Positions 11,934 through 22,838 of a stretch of DNA of 64,000 nt are shown piece by piece. The notes under the pieces were generated by a model. That model was not told the DNA's origin. It made no database searches and saw only the letters and a program-made list of their open reading frames with translations. The stretch is from Candidatus Latescibacterota bacterium (GTDB taxonomy: Bacteria > Latescibacterota > CBDEFO01), in contig OZ252149.1 in NCBI GenBank assembly GCA_965248755.1, positions 928,001 to 992,000 of the forward strand, in the 5' to 3' direction. Positions within the stretch are counted from its first letter, which is position 1. Every line of letters begins with the position of its first letter. The position numbers and the translations under genes were made by a program.

Positions 11934-13014
11934 CCTTTTCCTCCTCTATCCTCATCTCTGCAAAACCTTTATCTTTCATCGAAAGGTTGGGGCACCTTGC
12001 CGAAGTTACGATGACCTGGTCGAAACCCTCTATTATCTCCAACAGCCTCTCTTCCCTTTTGCTGTCTAACTCAGAAAAGGCGTCGTCCAAGAGCAGAACA
12101 GGCACCTCTTTTCTTGTCTCCTTAACAAACTCCGTCTCAGCGAATTTCCACGCCAAAAGGGCGCTCTTCATCTGTCCGGCCGAACCGTACCTTTGAATGT
12201 CCCGTTCTCCTATGAGTATCTTTACGTTGTCCCTGTGCGGTCCCAGGATCGTGTATCCCAATTCCATCTCCCTTTTTCGCTTGCTTTTCAACTGCTCCAT
12301 AAAGCAGTCCGATATTTCCTGCAGATCTTCAAATTTCACACAGGCCGAGTAGGACGCCGTGATGTCCTCTTTTTTATTTGAAAGCATGACGTAAAACTTA
12401 TACAGGCCCCTCTTTATATGTTCTATCGCTTTTATCCTCTTTTTAATGATCCGGCTCCCTACCCTTACAAGTTGAACGTCCCACGCATCTAAGGGAGAAT
12501 TTTTCAGTTTTCCGTCCCCAAGGATCCTGTTCCGCTGGGACAGGATCCTCCGGTAGTCCTGCAGATCCGCAAGGTACGATGGACTGGACTGGGAGACTAC
12601 AATGTCCAGGAGTCTTCTCCTTTGAGAGGGGAATCTTAAAACGAGGTCTACATCTTCAGGGGAGAACAGGACCGAGTTGAAAAAACCGACAAGGTCCAAC
12701 AGACGGGGGAGAGGATTACGATCCAGATAGATTCTCTTTCCTACATTCTGATGATAATAAATCCTTAAAGAAAACTCGTTAGGGACCCTGGCGACTTGGG
12801 CACCGATTGAAAACTCATCTTTACCCTCCTTTGCCACCTCCTTATCCTTGGCACCTTTTGAGGACTTTCCCAGAGAGAGGAAGTGGAGAGCTTCTAAAAG
12901 ATTTGATTTCCCTGCACCATTGTCACCAGTTACTATAGTTTTAGATTCTGGAAAGTTGAACCTTACATTGGGGAAATTCCTGAAATCTTTAAGCGTGAGT
13001 TCTCTTATGAACAA
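11920..13014 (-). CDS. recF: DNA replication/repair protein RecF
   Basis: FRN, GDNGAGKSN, GPHRD, GSAGQ, LLLDDAFSELD. Confidence 0.96.
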   Translation of the reverse strand: MFIRELTLKDFRNFPNVRFNFPESKTIVTGDNGAGKSNLLEALHFLSLGKSSKGAKDKEVAKEGKDEFSIGAQVARVPNEFSLRIYYHQNVGKRIYLDRNPLPRLLDLVGFFNSVLFSPEDVDLVLRFPSQRRRLLDIVVSQSSPSYLADLQDYRRILSQRNRILGDGKLKNSPLDAWDVQLVRVGSRIIKKRIKAIEHIKRGLYKFYVMLSNKKEDITASYSACVKFEDLQEISDCFMEQLKSKRKREMELGYTILGPHRDNVKILIGERDIQRYGSAGQMKSALLAWKFAETEFVKETRKEVPVLLLDDAFSELDSKREERLLEIIEGFDQVIVTSARCPNLSMKDKGFAEMRIEEEKDEYP

Positions 13015-13104
13015 TCGGGCATCTCCCCCTGCTTGCTCAAGTAGACAGTTGCCAGGGGGAGGAGGGACGCCCTGTATGCTGTCTACTGATTTAGGGACCC
13101 CTTC

Positions 13105-14274
13105 TCAACTTGTGATCCTGAGAGGCATAATCAGGCACAGATAGTCTTCGTCGTCGGGCTGTTCCAGCGGCTTTATTACCCCGGCTTCTGTGGGGCTTTC
13201 AAGCTCGAATACTATATTTTCAGAATCTATCTTCCTGAGTATCTCCATAAGATAGGAGGCGTTGTATCCTAATTCCATATCTTCGTCCGTGTATTTTGCC
13301 GGAATCGCCTCGCGGGCTTCGCCTCCCAGCTCCTGACTTGTTGCCGAAAGCTGTATCTCATCTTTTTTTAACGACATACGTATTTGATGCGTCTGCGCGC
13401 TTGACAGAATGGAGACCCTTCGCACTGCGGGGGAGAACGCGCCGTTGGACACTACGAGCCTCTTCTGGTTCTCCTTGGGTATCACCTGATCGTAGTCAAC
13501 GTAGGGGCCCTCTATCAATCTTGAAGAAACGATCGTATTTCCCAGGTCGAATATTATGTACCTTTGGCCGATGGTCACAGATTTCAACTCATCTGAGCCC
13601 GACAAAAGCTTGCCCAGGCGATCCAATCCCTTGGGTGGGACGATGGCCTCTATCTTTCCATTTTCTCCTGTGGACGGAAATACCACCTTCTTTGTCATCT
13701 TAACTAACCTGGCTCCGTCCGTTGCCACCATCATCATCCCATCCTGTCCGATATGCCAGTAGACCCCGCACAAAACAGGTCTTGCCTCGTCGCTGGAGGC
13801 GGCATAGGATGTCTTGGAGATCATCTCCTTCAGGACAGCGCCGTCGGGGCTATCGGCACCGTTAAAGTTCAAGACGACTCCCTCCTCCGATGAGGGAGGA
13901 GACGGAAAATCGTCGGGAGGCATTCCAGATAGACTGTAGACGCCATCAGACTGTCCACCATCCTCCGCCTTGGAAGTCGAAATAGATATCTTTTCCTGTG
14001 AAACCGAGATAGAGACCGGCACCCTGGGAAGTTCCCTGACAATTTCGGCGAACTTGCGCGCAGTAACGGTAACAGCCCCCTCCTCTGATACCTCCCCGGA
14101 GGCTGTTGCAGAAATGGATATATCCAGATCAGTGGCTCTGAGCTTAAGTTTCCCCTCCACGGAAGCCTCAAGCAGTATATTGCTGAGTATAGGAAGGGCA
14201 GCCCTGGTCGGAACAGCGTCTAACACTTTCTCCACAGCATCGTAGAGATCATCCCTCTGTATGACTACTTTCAT
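13105..14274 (-). CDS. dnaN: DNA polymerase III beta clamp
   Basis: ATDLD, VATDG.RL, SRLIEG.Y.DY, GYNA.YL, LIMPLR; SD ggagg before ATG 14274. Confidence 0.97.
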   Translation of the reverse strand: MKVVIQRDDLYDAVEKVLDAVPTRAALPILSNILLEASVEGKLKLRATDLDISISATASGEVSEEGAVTVTARKFAEIVRELPRVPVSISVSQEKISISTSKAEDGGQSDGVYSLSGMPPDDFPSPPSSEEGVVLNFNGADSPDGAVLKEMISKTSYAASSDEARPVLCGVYWHIGQDGMMMVATDGARLVKMTKKVVFPSTGENGKIEAIVPPKGLDRLGKLLSGSDELKSVTIGQRYIIFDLGNTIVSSRLIEGPYVDYDQVIPKENQKRLVVSNGAFSPAVRRVSILSSAQTHQIRMSLKKDEIQLSATSQELGGEAREAIPAKYTDEDMELGYNASYLMEILRKIDSENIVFELESPTEAGVIKPLEQPDDEDYLCLIMPLRITS

Positions 14275-14289
14275 GTCCGCCTCCATAAG

Positions 14290-14640
14290 CCCAGGTCAGG
14301 GCTGTACAGTTATGCGAGATCAGGCAATAGTGCAGTAAGATGTCCTGTTTCCCGACAGCTCTGTAAATACAGCACTTTGTGTATATAGAAAAATATGTCC
14401 AGCATAACGTATACGTCATAATATATACGGCGTTCTGTACTATATATATAATAACAATTATAGGCAATTTTTGCAAGGAAAAAATTGAAAATAATCACTT
14501 ATTTTAAGGGCAAGTTTCAGCTAATAGACTCCAGGGTCAAGGGGGAAATTAATCCTTGCAATTGTATGGCAAATAGAGTAAATTAGGGCACAAGATCCCG
14601 TAGTCTTACTGACTATTTTTATAAAGAAATTCTGAAGGAG
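14290..14640. other. AT-rich divergent intergenic region, candidate oriC / dnaN promoter region
   Basis: Very AT-rich, upstream of dnaN, gene orientation diverges here; only degenerate DnaA boxes (e.g. tgtgtatat); TTGCAA-17-TATTAT toward dnaN. Confidence 0.4.
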
Positions 14641-14647
14641 GATTCAA

Positions 14648-15613
14648 GTGAAGATTCTCGTGACTATGAAGGCCACAGAAGAACACATCAATCAGTTAAG
14701 TTCTGTATCACAAGACGTGGAGATATTTCACGCAACCGATAAAGAGGAGATAAAAATACAGATAACCGACGCCGATGCTGTCTTTGGCGTTACGGTATCT
14801 CCCGAAGAGTTGAAAGCAGCAGGGAAATTGAAGTGGATACAGTCCTTAAGCGCTGGTCTGGAAATATATCTTACTCCTGAGCTAATAGAAAGCGACATTA
14901 TCTTCACCAACGGAAGCGGCCTTCACGCAGTTCAACTATCCGAGCACGCGTTCGCATTTATGCTCAGCCTCGCAAGGGGATTGAATCTGTACATACGGAA
15001 CCAACTGCAAAGAAAATGGCAAAATACGGCTGTAAGTCAATTAGAAGGCGCGACCGTCGGCATCGTGGGTCTTGGCGGTTCAGGAACGGAGGTCGCAAGG
15101 AGGGCCCGCACATTTGATATGACAGTCCTGGCTATAGATATATTAAAGAGACGTAAACCTGACTTTGTAGATGAGCTTTGGGGACTTGAAAGGCTGGATG
15201 ATCTTCTGGACCAGTCTGATTTTGTGGTTTTGACCGCTCCTCATACAGATCGCACACACCATATTATAGATCGTCAGGCGCTAAAAAGGATGAAGCCCAC
15301 GGCGTATCTGATAAATGTAGCAAGGGGAAAGCTGATAGACGAAAAGGCTTTGGTAGAAGCTCTGAAGGACAAGGAGATAGCAGGAGCGGGTTTAGATGTC
15401 TTCGAAGAGGAGCCACTTCCCGAAGACAGCGAACTCTGGGCATTTGAAAACGTTATCATAAGCACCCACGCTGCGGGCCACGCCCCTTCAAGACCCCAAA
15501 AGATTGTGGATCTCTTCTGCGAGAACCTGAAAAGATACTTATCGGGAGAACCGCTCCTAAACCTTGTAGACAAGAAAGCGGGATTTCCCGAACAGCCCTT
15601 AATTAAATCTTGA
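14648..15613 (+). CDS. D-2-hydroxyacid dehydrogenase family
   Basis: GIVGLGGSG, INVARG, GLDVFEEEPLP, H.AG. Confidence 0.93.
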   Translation: MKILVTMKATEEHINQLSSVSQDVEIFHATDKEEIKIQITDADAVFGVTVSPEELKAAGKLKWIQSLSAGLEIYLTPELIESDIIFTNGSGLHAVQLSEHAFAFMLSLARGLNLYIRNQLQRKWQNTAVSQLEGATVGIVGLGGSGTEVARRARTFDMTVLAIDILKRRKPDFVDELWGLERLDDLLDQSDFVVLTAPHTDRTHHIIDRQALKRMKPTAYLINVARGKLIDEKALVEALKDKEIAGAGLDVFEEEPLPEDSELWAFENVIISTHAAGHAPSRPQKIVDLFCENLKRYLSGEPLLNLVDKKAGFPEQPLIKS

Positions 15614-15628
15614 ATAGCAGATACTAGA

Positions 15629-15793
15629 ATGAGATATGTAATCTTATATGCTACGCTGCTATGGGTCGCCTTGATTGCGCCTGTCTATGCACGGGGTCTT
15701 TTCGGACCCAAGACCGACTATCCCGCTCCTATTTCTCTCTTTTCAGTTTTCACAGCAGATTTACACGGAGATCGGGACAATGACTTAGCGTAA
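15629..15793 (+). pseudogene. Truncated secreted FG-GAP/VCBS-repeat protein
   Basis: MRYVILYATLLWVALIAPVYA signal peptide then SVFTADLHGDRDNDLA*. Confidence 0.5.
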
Positions 15794-15983
15794 GAATGTC
15801 GGATGAAGTTCTTTTGAGATAGGATAAAGACAAATACGCAGTCCATTGGATAACTTCGAATGCCAAGGAGATGAGCCAGATGAGCTAATCTCATCTATTT
15901 CCTCGTTATCCCGCAAGATCCTGTGTTGGAATCTAATGAAGATGTAGCTGTTCAATGCCGTTAGGTGTATTTCATTTAATCAA

Positions 15984-16265
15984 GTGAGGTTTAATATGAA
16001 ATTCGATTCATACAAGTTTTCGGTGATTTATAATTTAGCAAAAAATATCCGAGTATATATTTTTTCTTGTGCCGTTGCTTTTATTTTATCAAGTTGTGCA
16101 AGTCGGTCAAGTCAATTTGAAGTTGGAGTGGACTCTATTGTAGATCCTTCAATGATTGAGAAAGAAAATTATTTCTTATACCCCGCTGATTCAACAATTT
16201 CTATTGAAGATTTACATTTCAAAGAATATTCAAATTATATCAGAACAGCATTAAAAGCCTTGTGA
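15984..16265 (+). pseudogene. Low-GC lipoprotein truncated by IS1182
   Basis: Lipobox LSSC; ORF terminates inside the IS left inverted repeat. Confidence 0.6.
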
Positions 16266-17773
16266 AAAACCCTTAAATCGAACAAATAGTATAAAAACAT
16301 TGACGGAGCAATCTCCATGTATTATATTATATCATTGATAATATTATACATGGAGGAAATAATAACGCCACAAAAGAAGGAACAGACAAATCTGATATTT
16401 CACTATTTTCAGATGGAGGATTTAGTTCCCCAAGACCATATTCTCCGTCAAATTGATAAAGCGGTTGATTTTTCATTTGTACGAGACGTTGTGTCAGATT
16501 GTTATTGCTCTGATAATGGCAGACCCGGTATTGATCCTGAATTAGTTATTCGAATGATCCTTATCGGCTATTTGTATAATTTGAGTGAGAATCGGCTTTG
16601 TCAGGAAGTGGCGATGCATGCGGCATATAGGTTGTTTTGTCATCAGACATTTGAGGATGAGGTTCCAGACAGAAGCACGATCAACAAGCTTCGCAATCAC
16701 AAGTGGGCATCTAGTGGATTGTTTGAACAGATAATGCGTCAGGTAGTCCAGCGCTGTATAGATGTCGGTCTTGTGAGCGGTAAACACTTAAGTGTTGATG
16801 GCACTCAGATACGAGCGAATGCTTCGGTGAAGAGTATTGAGCCGATAGAGCTTCCTGTTTCTCTTGATGACTACCTAAAGGAAATGGGTTTTGAAGGTGA
16901 TAAGGTACAGGCCGAAGATAGGTCTGGGCATTCTCACGATAAGGACTTTCATGGTGAAAAGTGGACGAACCAGACGCACCGTTCGACTACAGACCCCGAT
17001 GCTCTCTTATACAAAAAGTCAAAAGGCACGGGGGCTTCTCTTTCGTTTATGGGTCATGATCTCATCGACACAAAAAGTAGAGTAATCCTTGAGACACAGG
17101 GCACACAGGCGACAGCCGAGACTGAAAGTGCCCTTAAGATGGTTGATGATCTTGAAGTATACACTATGCCCGAAGGCATTCAGACACTTACTGCCGATAC
17201 CGGTTACGGTTCTGGTGGTTTTATCGCTGATATACTTGACTGGGGAATCACACCCCACATTCCTCTGCGATCAGGTGAAGAGATTGAGCCAATTCCTACT
17301 TGGAAAAACAAGACAACTTTCGCACATATTCAGGCCAAGCGAGATAAGAAAGTGCGAGAGGCAAAGGCCAGGAATTATGCACGATCTATCTCATTGACAT
17401 CTGACTACAGACTCTCCCAGAAGCTCCGCAAACGCAGTGAACATATCTTTGCTGAAGCCAAACAACAGCACGGTATGGGCCGAGCCCGTTACAGGGGATT
17501 GGCCTCACTGAATGAACAGTTAAATCTTGTTGCAACAGTGCAGAATCTCAAGAGGCTTGTATCCTTCATAAGAAGGAGAAAAGCGTCTATATGTGCCCTG
17601 TCTGTCAAAGACAGTGCATCCTGTTCTTCAAACAGCTTCTATTCCTTGCTGACCAGAACTCTGATGAGACTATTTTGCTTATTCCATAGCAAAACGATAC
17701 GATATGCTACTGTTTGACCCATAATAGACGTTTCAGACGCTGCCTACAAGATAACTATTTCACAAGGCTTTTA
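16252..17773 (+). mobile_element. IS1182-family insertion sequence
   Basis: Inverted ends taaaagccttgtgaaa / tttcacaaggctttta around transposase. Confidence 0.9.
16317..17717 (+). CDS. IS1182-family DDE transposase
   Basis: VPQDH.LR.ID, GRP.IDP, PDRST, VDGTQIRANAS, ADTGY, EH.FAEAK..HG; true start may be ATG 16350. Confidence 0.92.
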   Translation: MYYIISLIILYMEEIITPQKKEQTNLIFHYFQMEDLVPQDHILRQIDKAVDFSFVRDVVSDCYCSDNGRPGIDPELVIRMILIGYLYNLSENRLCQEVAMHAAYRLFCHQTFEDEVPDRSTINKLRNHKWASSGLFEQIMRQVVQRCIDVGLVSGKHLSVDGTQIRANASVKSIEPIELPVSLDDYLKEMGFEGDKVQAEDRSGHSHDKDFHGEKWTNQTHRSTTDPDALLYKKSKGTGASLSFMGHDLIDTKSRVILETQGTQATAETESALKMVDDLEVYTMPEGIQTLTADTGYGSGGFIADILDWGITPHIPLRSGEEIEPIPTWKNKTTFAHIQAKRDKKVREAKARNYARSISLTSDYRLSQKLRKRSEHIFAEAKQQHGMGRARYRGLASLNEQLNLVATVQNLKRLVSFIRRRKASICALSVKDSASCSSNSFYSLLTRTLMRLFCLFHSKTIRYATV

Positions 17774-17992
17774 GAGACTTTCCTTTTATATTAACACCTA
17801 ACTTCTCCCAGACTTCATAAGTATTCGCAGCATCTGTGGTTCGTTTGAGGGAGGGGAAATGCGTCTTTGTCTACTGTCATTGGGATTGCTTTGCTATCAC
17901 TCCCTAATGACAGTTTATTCCCTCGTGAGTTTTTCAGTCATTTTGAAGGGTGAGACTTCGAAGCAATCTCTGGGTAGGGGAGCCCCTGACTT

Positions 17993-19051
17993 ATGAATAT
18001 GATCGATATGCGTACAGATACATCGTCCCGCCCCACTGAGGCTATGAGAGTGGCGATGAAAGAAGCCTCTGTAGGAAACGACGGGTACGGCGAAGATCCT
18101 ACGGTCAACAGACTCGAAACGATGGCCTCACAGATGCTGGGTAAGGAAGATAGCCTGTACGTTCCGAGTGGAATGATGGGAAATATGCTGGGGATTATGG
18201 CTACGGTCGAAGCGGGGAAGGCCGCCCTTGTGGGACGTTGGACTCATATAGCCTTATCCGAGTCGTTCGGGCTGTCGAGGCTGGGGGGCATAAGATGCAT
18301 AGAGGTCAAGGAGCTCCCAAACGGAAACCTGGATATAGACGACACAAAAGAGCTTCTGACAAGGCTAAATACCTCCGAGGGGATTGACCTGATCACCTTG
18401 GAGAACACCCACAATCTTGCGGGGGGGACGGCTATGTCCAGAGACGACAAGGAGCCCTATCTCCAGATAGCCCGGACGCACGGTCTAAAGACCCATCTGG
18501 ATGGAGCAAGGATATTCAACGCATCTGTAGCACTAAACGTGGACGTAAAGGAATTGACACAGGACGTGGATACCGTGACGTTCTGTCTTTCAAAAGGACT
18601 GTGTGCTCCGGTCGGTTCGATCCTCTGTTCGGATGGGGAGACTATAGTCAAGGCGAGATATCTAAGGAGAATGATGGGCGGTCAGATGAGGCAGGCGGGA
18701 GTCATCGCTGCAGCGGGCATCGTGGCTTTGGAGCAGATGATCCAGCGTCTGGAAGAAGATCACCAGAAGGCGCGCCTGCTTGCAGATGGTCTGGCATCCC
18801 TGGAAGGTCTGTCCTTAGATCTTTCAAGGGTTCAGACCAATTTAGTGATGGCTGACGTAGCTGGTCTTGGAATCACAGCGAAAGATTTCTGCAAGAAGAT
18901 GCAGGACAAAGGCGTCCAGATCATAGCCATCACACCCCACCTTGTGAGGTTTTCGCTTTACAAAGACATCACCTGGGACGATGTCCACTACGCTTTGGAC
19001 GCTGTCAAGCAGGTAGTCTCTGAGGTTATTGATTATTCCCCTATCACTTAA
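17993..19051 (+). CDS. ltaE: Low-specificity L-threonine aldolase
   Basis: D.RTDT, EDPTV..LE, LENTHN, HLDGARIFNA, CLSKGL. Confidence 0.9.
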   Translation: MNMIDMRTDTSSRPTEAMRVAMKEASVGNDGYGEDPTVNRLETMASQMLGKEDSLYVPSGMMGNMLGIMATVEAGKAALVGRWTHIALSESFGLSRLGGIRCIEVKELPNGNLDIDDTKELLTRLNTSEGIDLITLENTHNLAGGTAMSRDDKEPYLQIARTHGLKTHLDGARIFNASVALNVDVKELTQDVDTVTFCLSKGLCAPVGSILCSDGETIVKARYLRRMMGGQMRQAGVIAAAGIVALEQMIQRLEEDHQKARLLADGLASLEGLSLDLSRVQTNLVMADVAGLGITAKDFCKKMQDKGVQIIAITPHLVRFSLYKDITWDDVHYALDAVKQVVSEVIDYSPIT

Positions 19052-19065
19052 AGTTTATTTAAACC

Positions 19066-19623
19066 ATGTCGGACACAGATAAAGATCAAATAACATTATT
19101 ATCTGAAAGATACGGAGAGCCTATCTATTACAAGGAACATCTTTCTGCAGGGGATTTCGGGCCGGTCAACGGAAAGAGGAAGGCGGAAGTGGCCTTAGTC
19201 GTAATGAGGGAGAACGGGAAGATATTGCTCCAGACCAAGGATTTTTATCCTGAAGGAGTATATAGGATACCTACAGGCGGGATTGAAGAGAATGAAGATA
19301 TACCTTCATCCCTGCAGCGGGAGACAACGGAGGAGACTAACCTAAAAGTCGGGATAAGAAGGTTTTTAGCCCTTATAGATTACTCTTTCGCCGATAGTGG
19401 GAAGACTTTCAGGACTTACGTATTTTTGTTAGAGGAACGCGGAAAAAACGCTTTGAAAGCGAACGACCATAAGGAGAAGATAAGCGGCTGGAGGGAGATC
19501 AACCCTTCCAAGCTCGACTCTGTTGCTGAAAGCCTTTCAAATATAAAGGAGGATAAATACAGAAATTGGGGACTGTTCAGGGCAATTGCTCACCGGGCCT
19601 CAGCTGATGCGCTAAAGCAGTAG
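19066..19623 (+). CDS. NUDIX hydrolase
   Basis: Nudix box GGIEENE......RETTEETNL. Confidence 0.88.
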   Translation: MSDTDKDQITLLSERYGEPIYYKEHLSAGDFGPVNGKRKAEVALVVMRENGKILLQTKDFYPEGVYRIPTGGIEENEDIPSSLQRETTEETNLKVGIRRFLALIDYSFADSGKTFRTYVFLLEERGKNALKANDHKEKISGWREINPSKLDSVAESLSNIKEDKYRNWGLFRAIAHRASADALKQ

Positions 19624-19691
19624 ACAGAACACAACCCCCTATTCCTGTATGCTGTCTACTGTCTCAATCTCATCAAGATAAGGATGATTCT

Positions 19692-20504
19692 GTGAACCCT
19701 GATGCTAATTCTGAGGACATCTCCTCCAAGGAGAATCGGGACGAAGACTCCCATCAGATTTTGGAGAGCTCCGACGACATCAAGGAGATGCCCTTTTTAG
19801 ATCATCTGGAGGAATTGCGCTGGAGGATAATCAAATCCCTGTCTGCTGTCCTGTGTGGTGCGATTTTGTGCTTTGCATTTTCCGAGTATCTGGTTGATAT
19901 TCTTACCCTTCCGGCGAAGACTCAGGGGATAAAGTTGATAACCGTCAGGCCTATCGGCATGTTCCTTGTCAGATTGAACGTCTCACTTGTCGGAGGTTTG
20001 ATGATATCACTTCCTCTTGTACTCTACCACATTTGGGCCTTCGTAGCCCCCGGGCTTTTGGAAAAAGAGCGCAGATATGTGCCCTGGATGGTAATCCTTA
20101 CGATCTTCTGCTTTACAGTTGGAGCTTCTGTATCCTACCTTTTAATTCTGCCGATCGGATTGAACTTTTTCGCTGGGCTGGCTCCCGACTACATAGCGGT
20201 GAGCTACAACATCGATGACTACATAAGCTTTATACTCAGACTCATCTTGGCTTTCGGGGCGGCCTTTGAACTTCCGATGCTGTCTTTGCTTCTGTCCAAG
20301 ATAGGTGTTGTTACGCCCGAGCTTATGCGCAAAGGCAGAAGATACGCTCTCATCGCCATAATCATCGTCGCTGCTATTTTCACTCCTCCTGATGTTCTTT
20401 CGCAACTTATGATGGCTGTACCTCTCGTCCTGCTATACGAAATCAGCATACTCGTCTCCCGACTTGCAGTACCCAAAGAAACATTGGACAGCGAAAAGGA
20501 ATAG
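19692..20504 (+). CDS. tatC: Twin-arginine translocase subunit TatC
   Basis: MPFLDHLEELR.R, FVAPGL...E, FELP, TPPD..SQ, LYEISI. Confidence 0.96.
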   Translation: MNPDANSEDISSKENRDEDSHQILESSDDIKEMPFLDHLEELRWRIIKSLSAVLCGAILCFAFSEYLVDILTLPAKTQGIKLITVRPIGMFLVRLNVSLVGGLMISLPLVLYHIWAFVAPGLLEKERRYVPWMVILTIFCFTVGASVSYLLILPIGLNFFAGLAPDYIAVSYNIDDYISFILRLILAFGAAFELPMLSLLLSKIGVVTPELMRKGRRYALIAIIIVAAIFTPPDVLSQLMMAVPLVLLYEISILVSRLAVPKETLDSEKE

Positions 20505-20758
20505 AGAAAAGCTAACGGAGATGGCTTAGCTCCCCCGGATTAAATCGGGCGGTCGAAGTGACGTTGCTTGGTCTTCAGGACGATATTCTTTCGTTGAGGA
20601 TTGCAGACTCTTTTCGGATCAGATTCGAGGCGAAGAGGACTGGGAAGGCCCGGCACAATTGGATAACAAAGCTATGGAGATCTCCCTTTTAGCTCAGAAA
20701 TCCGCGGACATAGGCCAGATAATTAGATTAGTATGATCCTGAAGACTGGAGCAATTCG

Positions 20759-21400
20759 GTGAAGTCAATTATCGTGATTCGACATGGACAGTCGGAACAT
20801 CATTTGAAGGATTTAACCGGTGGATGGACGGATACTGGTTTGACAGAGTTGGGGCGTCGTCAGTCCGCTCATCTTGCATCCAGACTAAAGCGTGAGATCG
20901 GAGATACTCCCATAAAGCTATATTGCAGCGATCTTAAGCGAGCGTTTCAGACGACAGAGATACTCGGCAAAGAGATGGGGCTGACTCCAAATCTCGCTCC
21001 CCAGTTGAGAGAACACAATAACGGTATCGCTGCGGGCAAGACAATACAAGAGGCGAAACAGTACACTTTGGAACGGACTGAGCCATATATTGATTGGCAG
21101 CCATATCCCCAGGCAGAGACATGGCGTCAGTTCTATTTGAGAGTGTCATGTTATATGGAACGTCTTACCGAGAACCAGGAGTACGCTTTACTGATAGTCA
21201 CACATGGAGGGACCATAATAAACATCCTCGCCTGGTGGCTTAAATTAGAGGTAGATATGCTGTCTGAGGTATCCTTCGACGCTTCACCGACGAGCATCAC
21301 CGTGCTGAGAACGAATCAGTGGGACGAGCGTACGATAGAGAGACTAAACGATACGGCACACCTTTATGCAGCGGGACTCCATGAGCGGATAGAATTATAG
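20759..21400 (+). CDS. Histidine phosphatase family protein
   Basis: RHGQS, SDLKRA.QT, VTHGGT. Confidence 0.92.
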   Translation: MKSIIVIRHGQSEHHLKDLTGGWTDTGLTELGRRQSAHLASRLKREIGDTPIKLYCSDLKRAFQTTEILGKEMGLTPNLAPQLREHNNGIAAGKTIQEAKQYTLERTEPYIDWQPYPQAETWRQFYLRVSCYMERLTENQEYALLIVTHGGTIINILAWWLKLEVDMLSEVSFDASPTSITVLRTNQWDERTIERLNDTAHLYAAGLHERIEL

Positions 21401-21484
21401 CCGTGATAATCGGTAAAAGAGTCGGTTCGTTCTTAGCGTATTTGAGGGACGTTTACCTGATGTTAATTTTAGAAGGAGGATCAC

Positions 21485-22173
21485 TTGAAGCAAATAGATC
21501 AAACTGACAACAACATCCTGATAGTCGGCATCTGTGGGAGCTTATGAAAAGGCAGCTATACCCGCATGGCAGTGGATGTGGCATTACAAGGTGTTCAGGA
21601 GGTGGGTGTCCAGACCCAATTGATTGACTTGAAAGAATACGCCTCATTTTTTGCGGTGGGAAGGAGGATGAAAGCGCCTATCCTGAGGACATCCTTAAGC
21701 TGCGGGAAGACGTAAGTAGGGCACAAGGCATCATTCTGGGGACACCTGAGTATCATGGTAGCTTGAGTGGTGTGTTGAAGAACGCCTTAGATCTGATGGG
21801 GTTCGACGAGATTCGCAAGCAAGATGATCGGGCTTGTGGGTGTATCGGGGGAACAGATGGCGGTCTTAACGCCTTGAACAGTCTGCGGACGGTCGGACGT
21901 GCGCTCCATGCATGGGTCATCCCGGAACAGGCATCTATCCCCCAAGCATGGAATGCGTTCGATGAGGAGGGAAATTTGAAAGACGACCGCCTGCAGGAAA
22001 GGGCCATGGACATCGGACGCCAGGTGGCTCGCTTTTCTTATCTGCACACGTCGCAAAAAGCTCAGGAATTCCTCCAACTCTGGGAGGGCGCGTACAGTAA
22101 CTCTCTACGCTTGTTTAAATCTCAATGCTGGGAATTGTTGCCGCTACACTTACAAATACTCCGCTTCAATTAG
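21485..22173 (+). pseudogene. NADPH-dependent FMN reductase pseudogene
   Basis: IVGICGSL*KGS (TGA 21545), frameshift, then TPEYHGSLSGVLKNALD. Confidence 0.8.
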
Positions 22174-22838
22174 ACCGGCCATTCCTCCTCGTTGTAGGAC
22201 ATCTCCCAGAACATGTATTCGTATCTACTGCTGGTGATGAAGTGCCCTTCAAGTTTTCTGAGTTCGTGCTCGTTAAGGCCGTTAGACAGCGAGTCGAGCA
22301 GGTCCTTCAACCAGTCGGCGAACTCCCCGAACTCCTGCGAGGAGTAAGTTTTGATCCACTCTTCGTATAGCAGTTGGGCTTTCGGTTCTCCCTTCTTTGC
22401 AAGTCTTGTTCCGATCTCCCAGTAGCCCCAGGCGCATGGGAGCACGGCTGCCACGAGTTCCGCCGTGGTTCCCGTTTCGGCTACATGCAGAAGGTGTCGG
22501 GTGTAGGCATGCGTCGTAGGGGACATCTCTGTATCTTCTAATTCCTCCTCTTCTATGCCGAACTTTCGAGCGTAGCTCCTGTGCAGATCCATCTCAACGT
22601 TGAGGGTGGCGGAAAGGAGTTCGGCAAATCTGCCCATCGTTTCAAGGTCATCGGACCTTGCGACAGCTAGCCCAAAGAGCCTACTGTATTCAATCAAAAA
22701 GAGGTAGTCCTGACACAGATAATATTTGAATTTATCGAGCGGGAGCGATCCGTCGCCTATGCCAGATACGAACGGATGCTCCATTTCTCTCTCCCATATA
22801 GGTGCAGCTTTTTCTCTGAGGCGGTCAGTGAATTTCAT
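22170..22838 (-). CDS. tenA: Thiaminase II (TenA, Cys-type)
   Basis: HPF, YL.QDY, LPCAWGY, WIKTY, EY.FW. Confidence 0.93.
   Translation of the reverse strand: MKFTDRLREKAAPIWEREMEHPFVSGIGDGSLPLDKFKYYLCQDYLFLIEYSRLFGLAVARSDDLETMGRFAELLSATLNVEMDLHRSYARKFGIEEEELEDTEMSPTTHAYTRHLLHVAETGTTAELVAAVLPCAWGYWEIGTRLAKKGEPKAQLLYEEWIKTYSSQEFGEFADWLKDLLDSLSNGLNEHELRKLEGHFITSSRYEYMFWEMSYNEEEWPV

Noticed and set aside
21545..21547. In-frame TGA as selenocysteine in FMN reductase
   Set aside because: The position is the Arg of GSLR (CGA to TGA) and the gene also has frameshifts.
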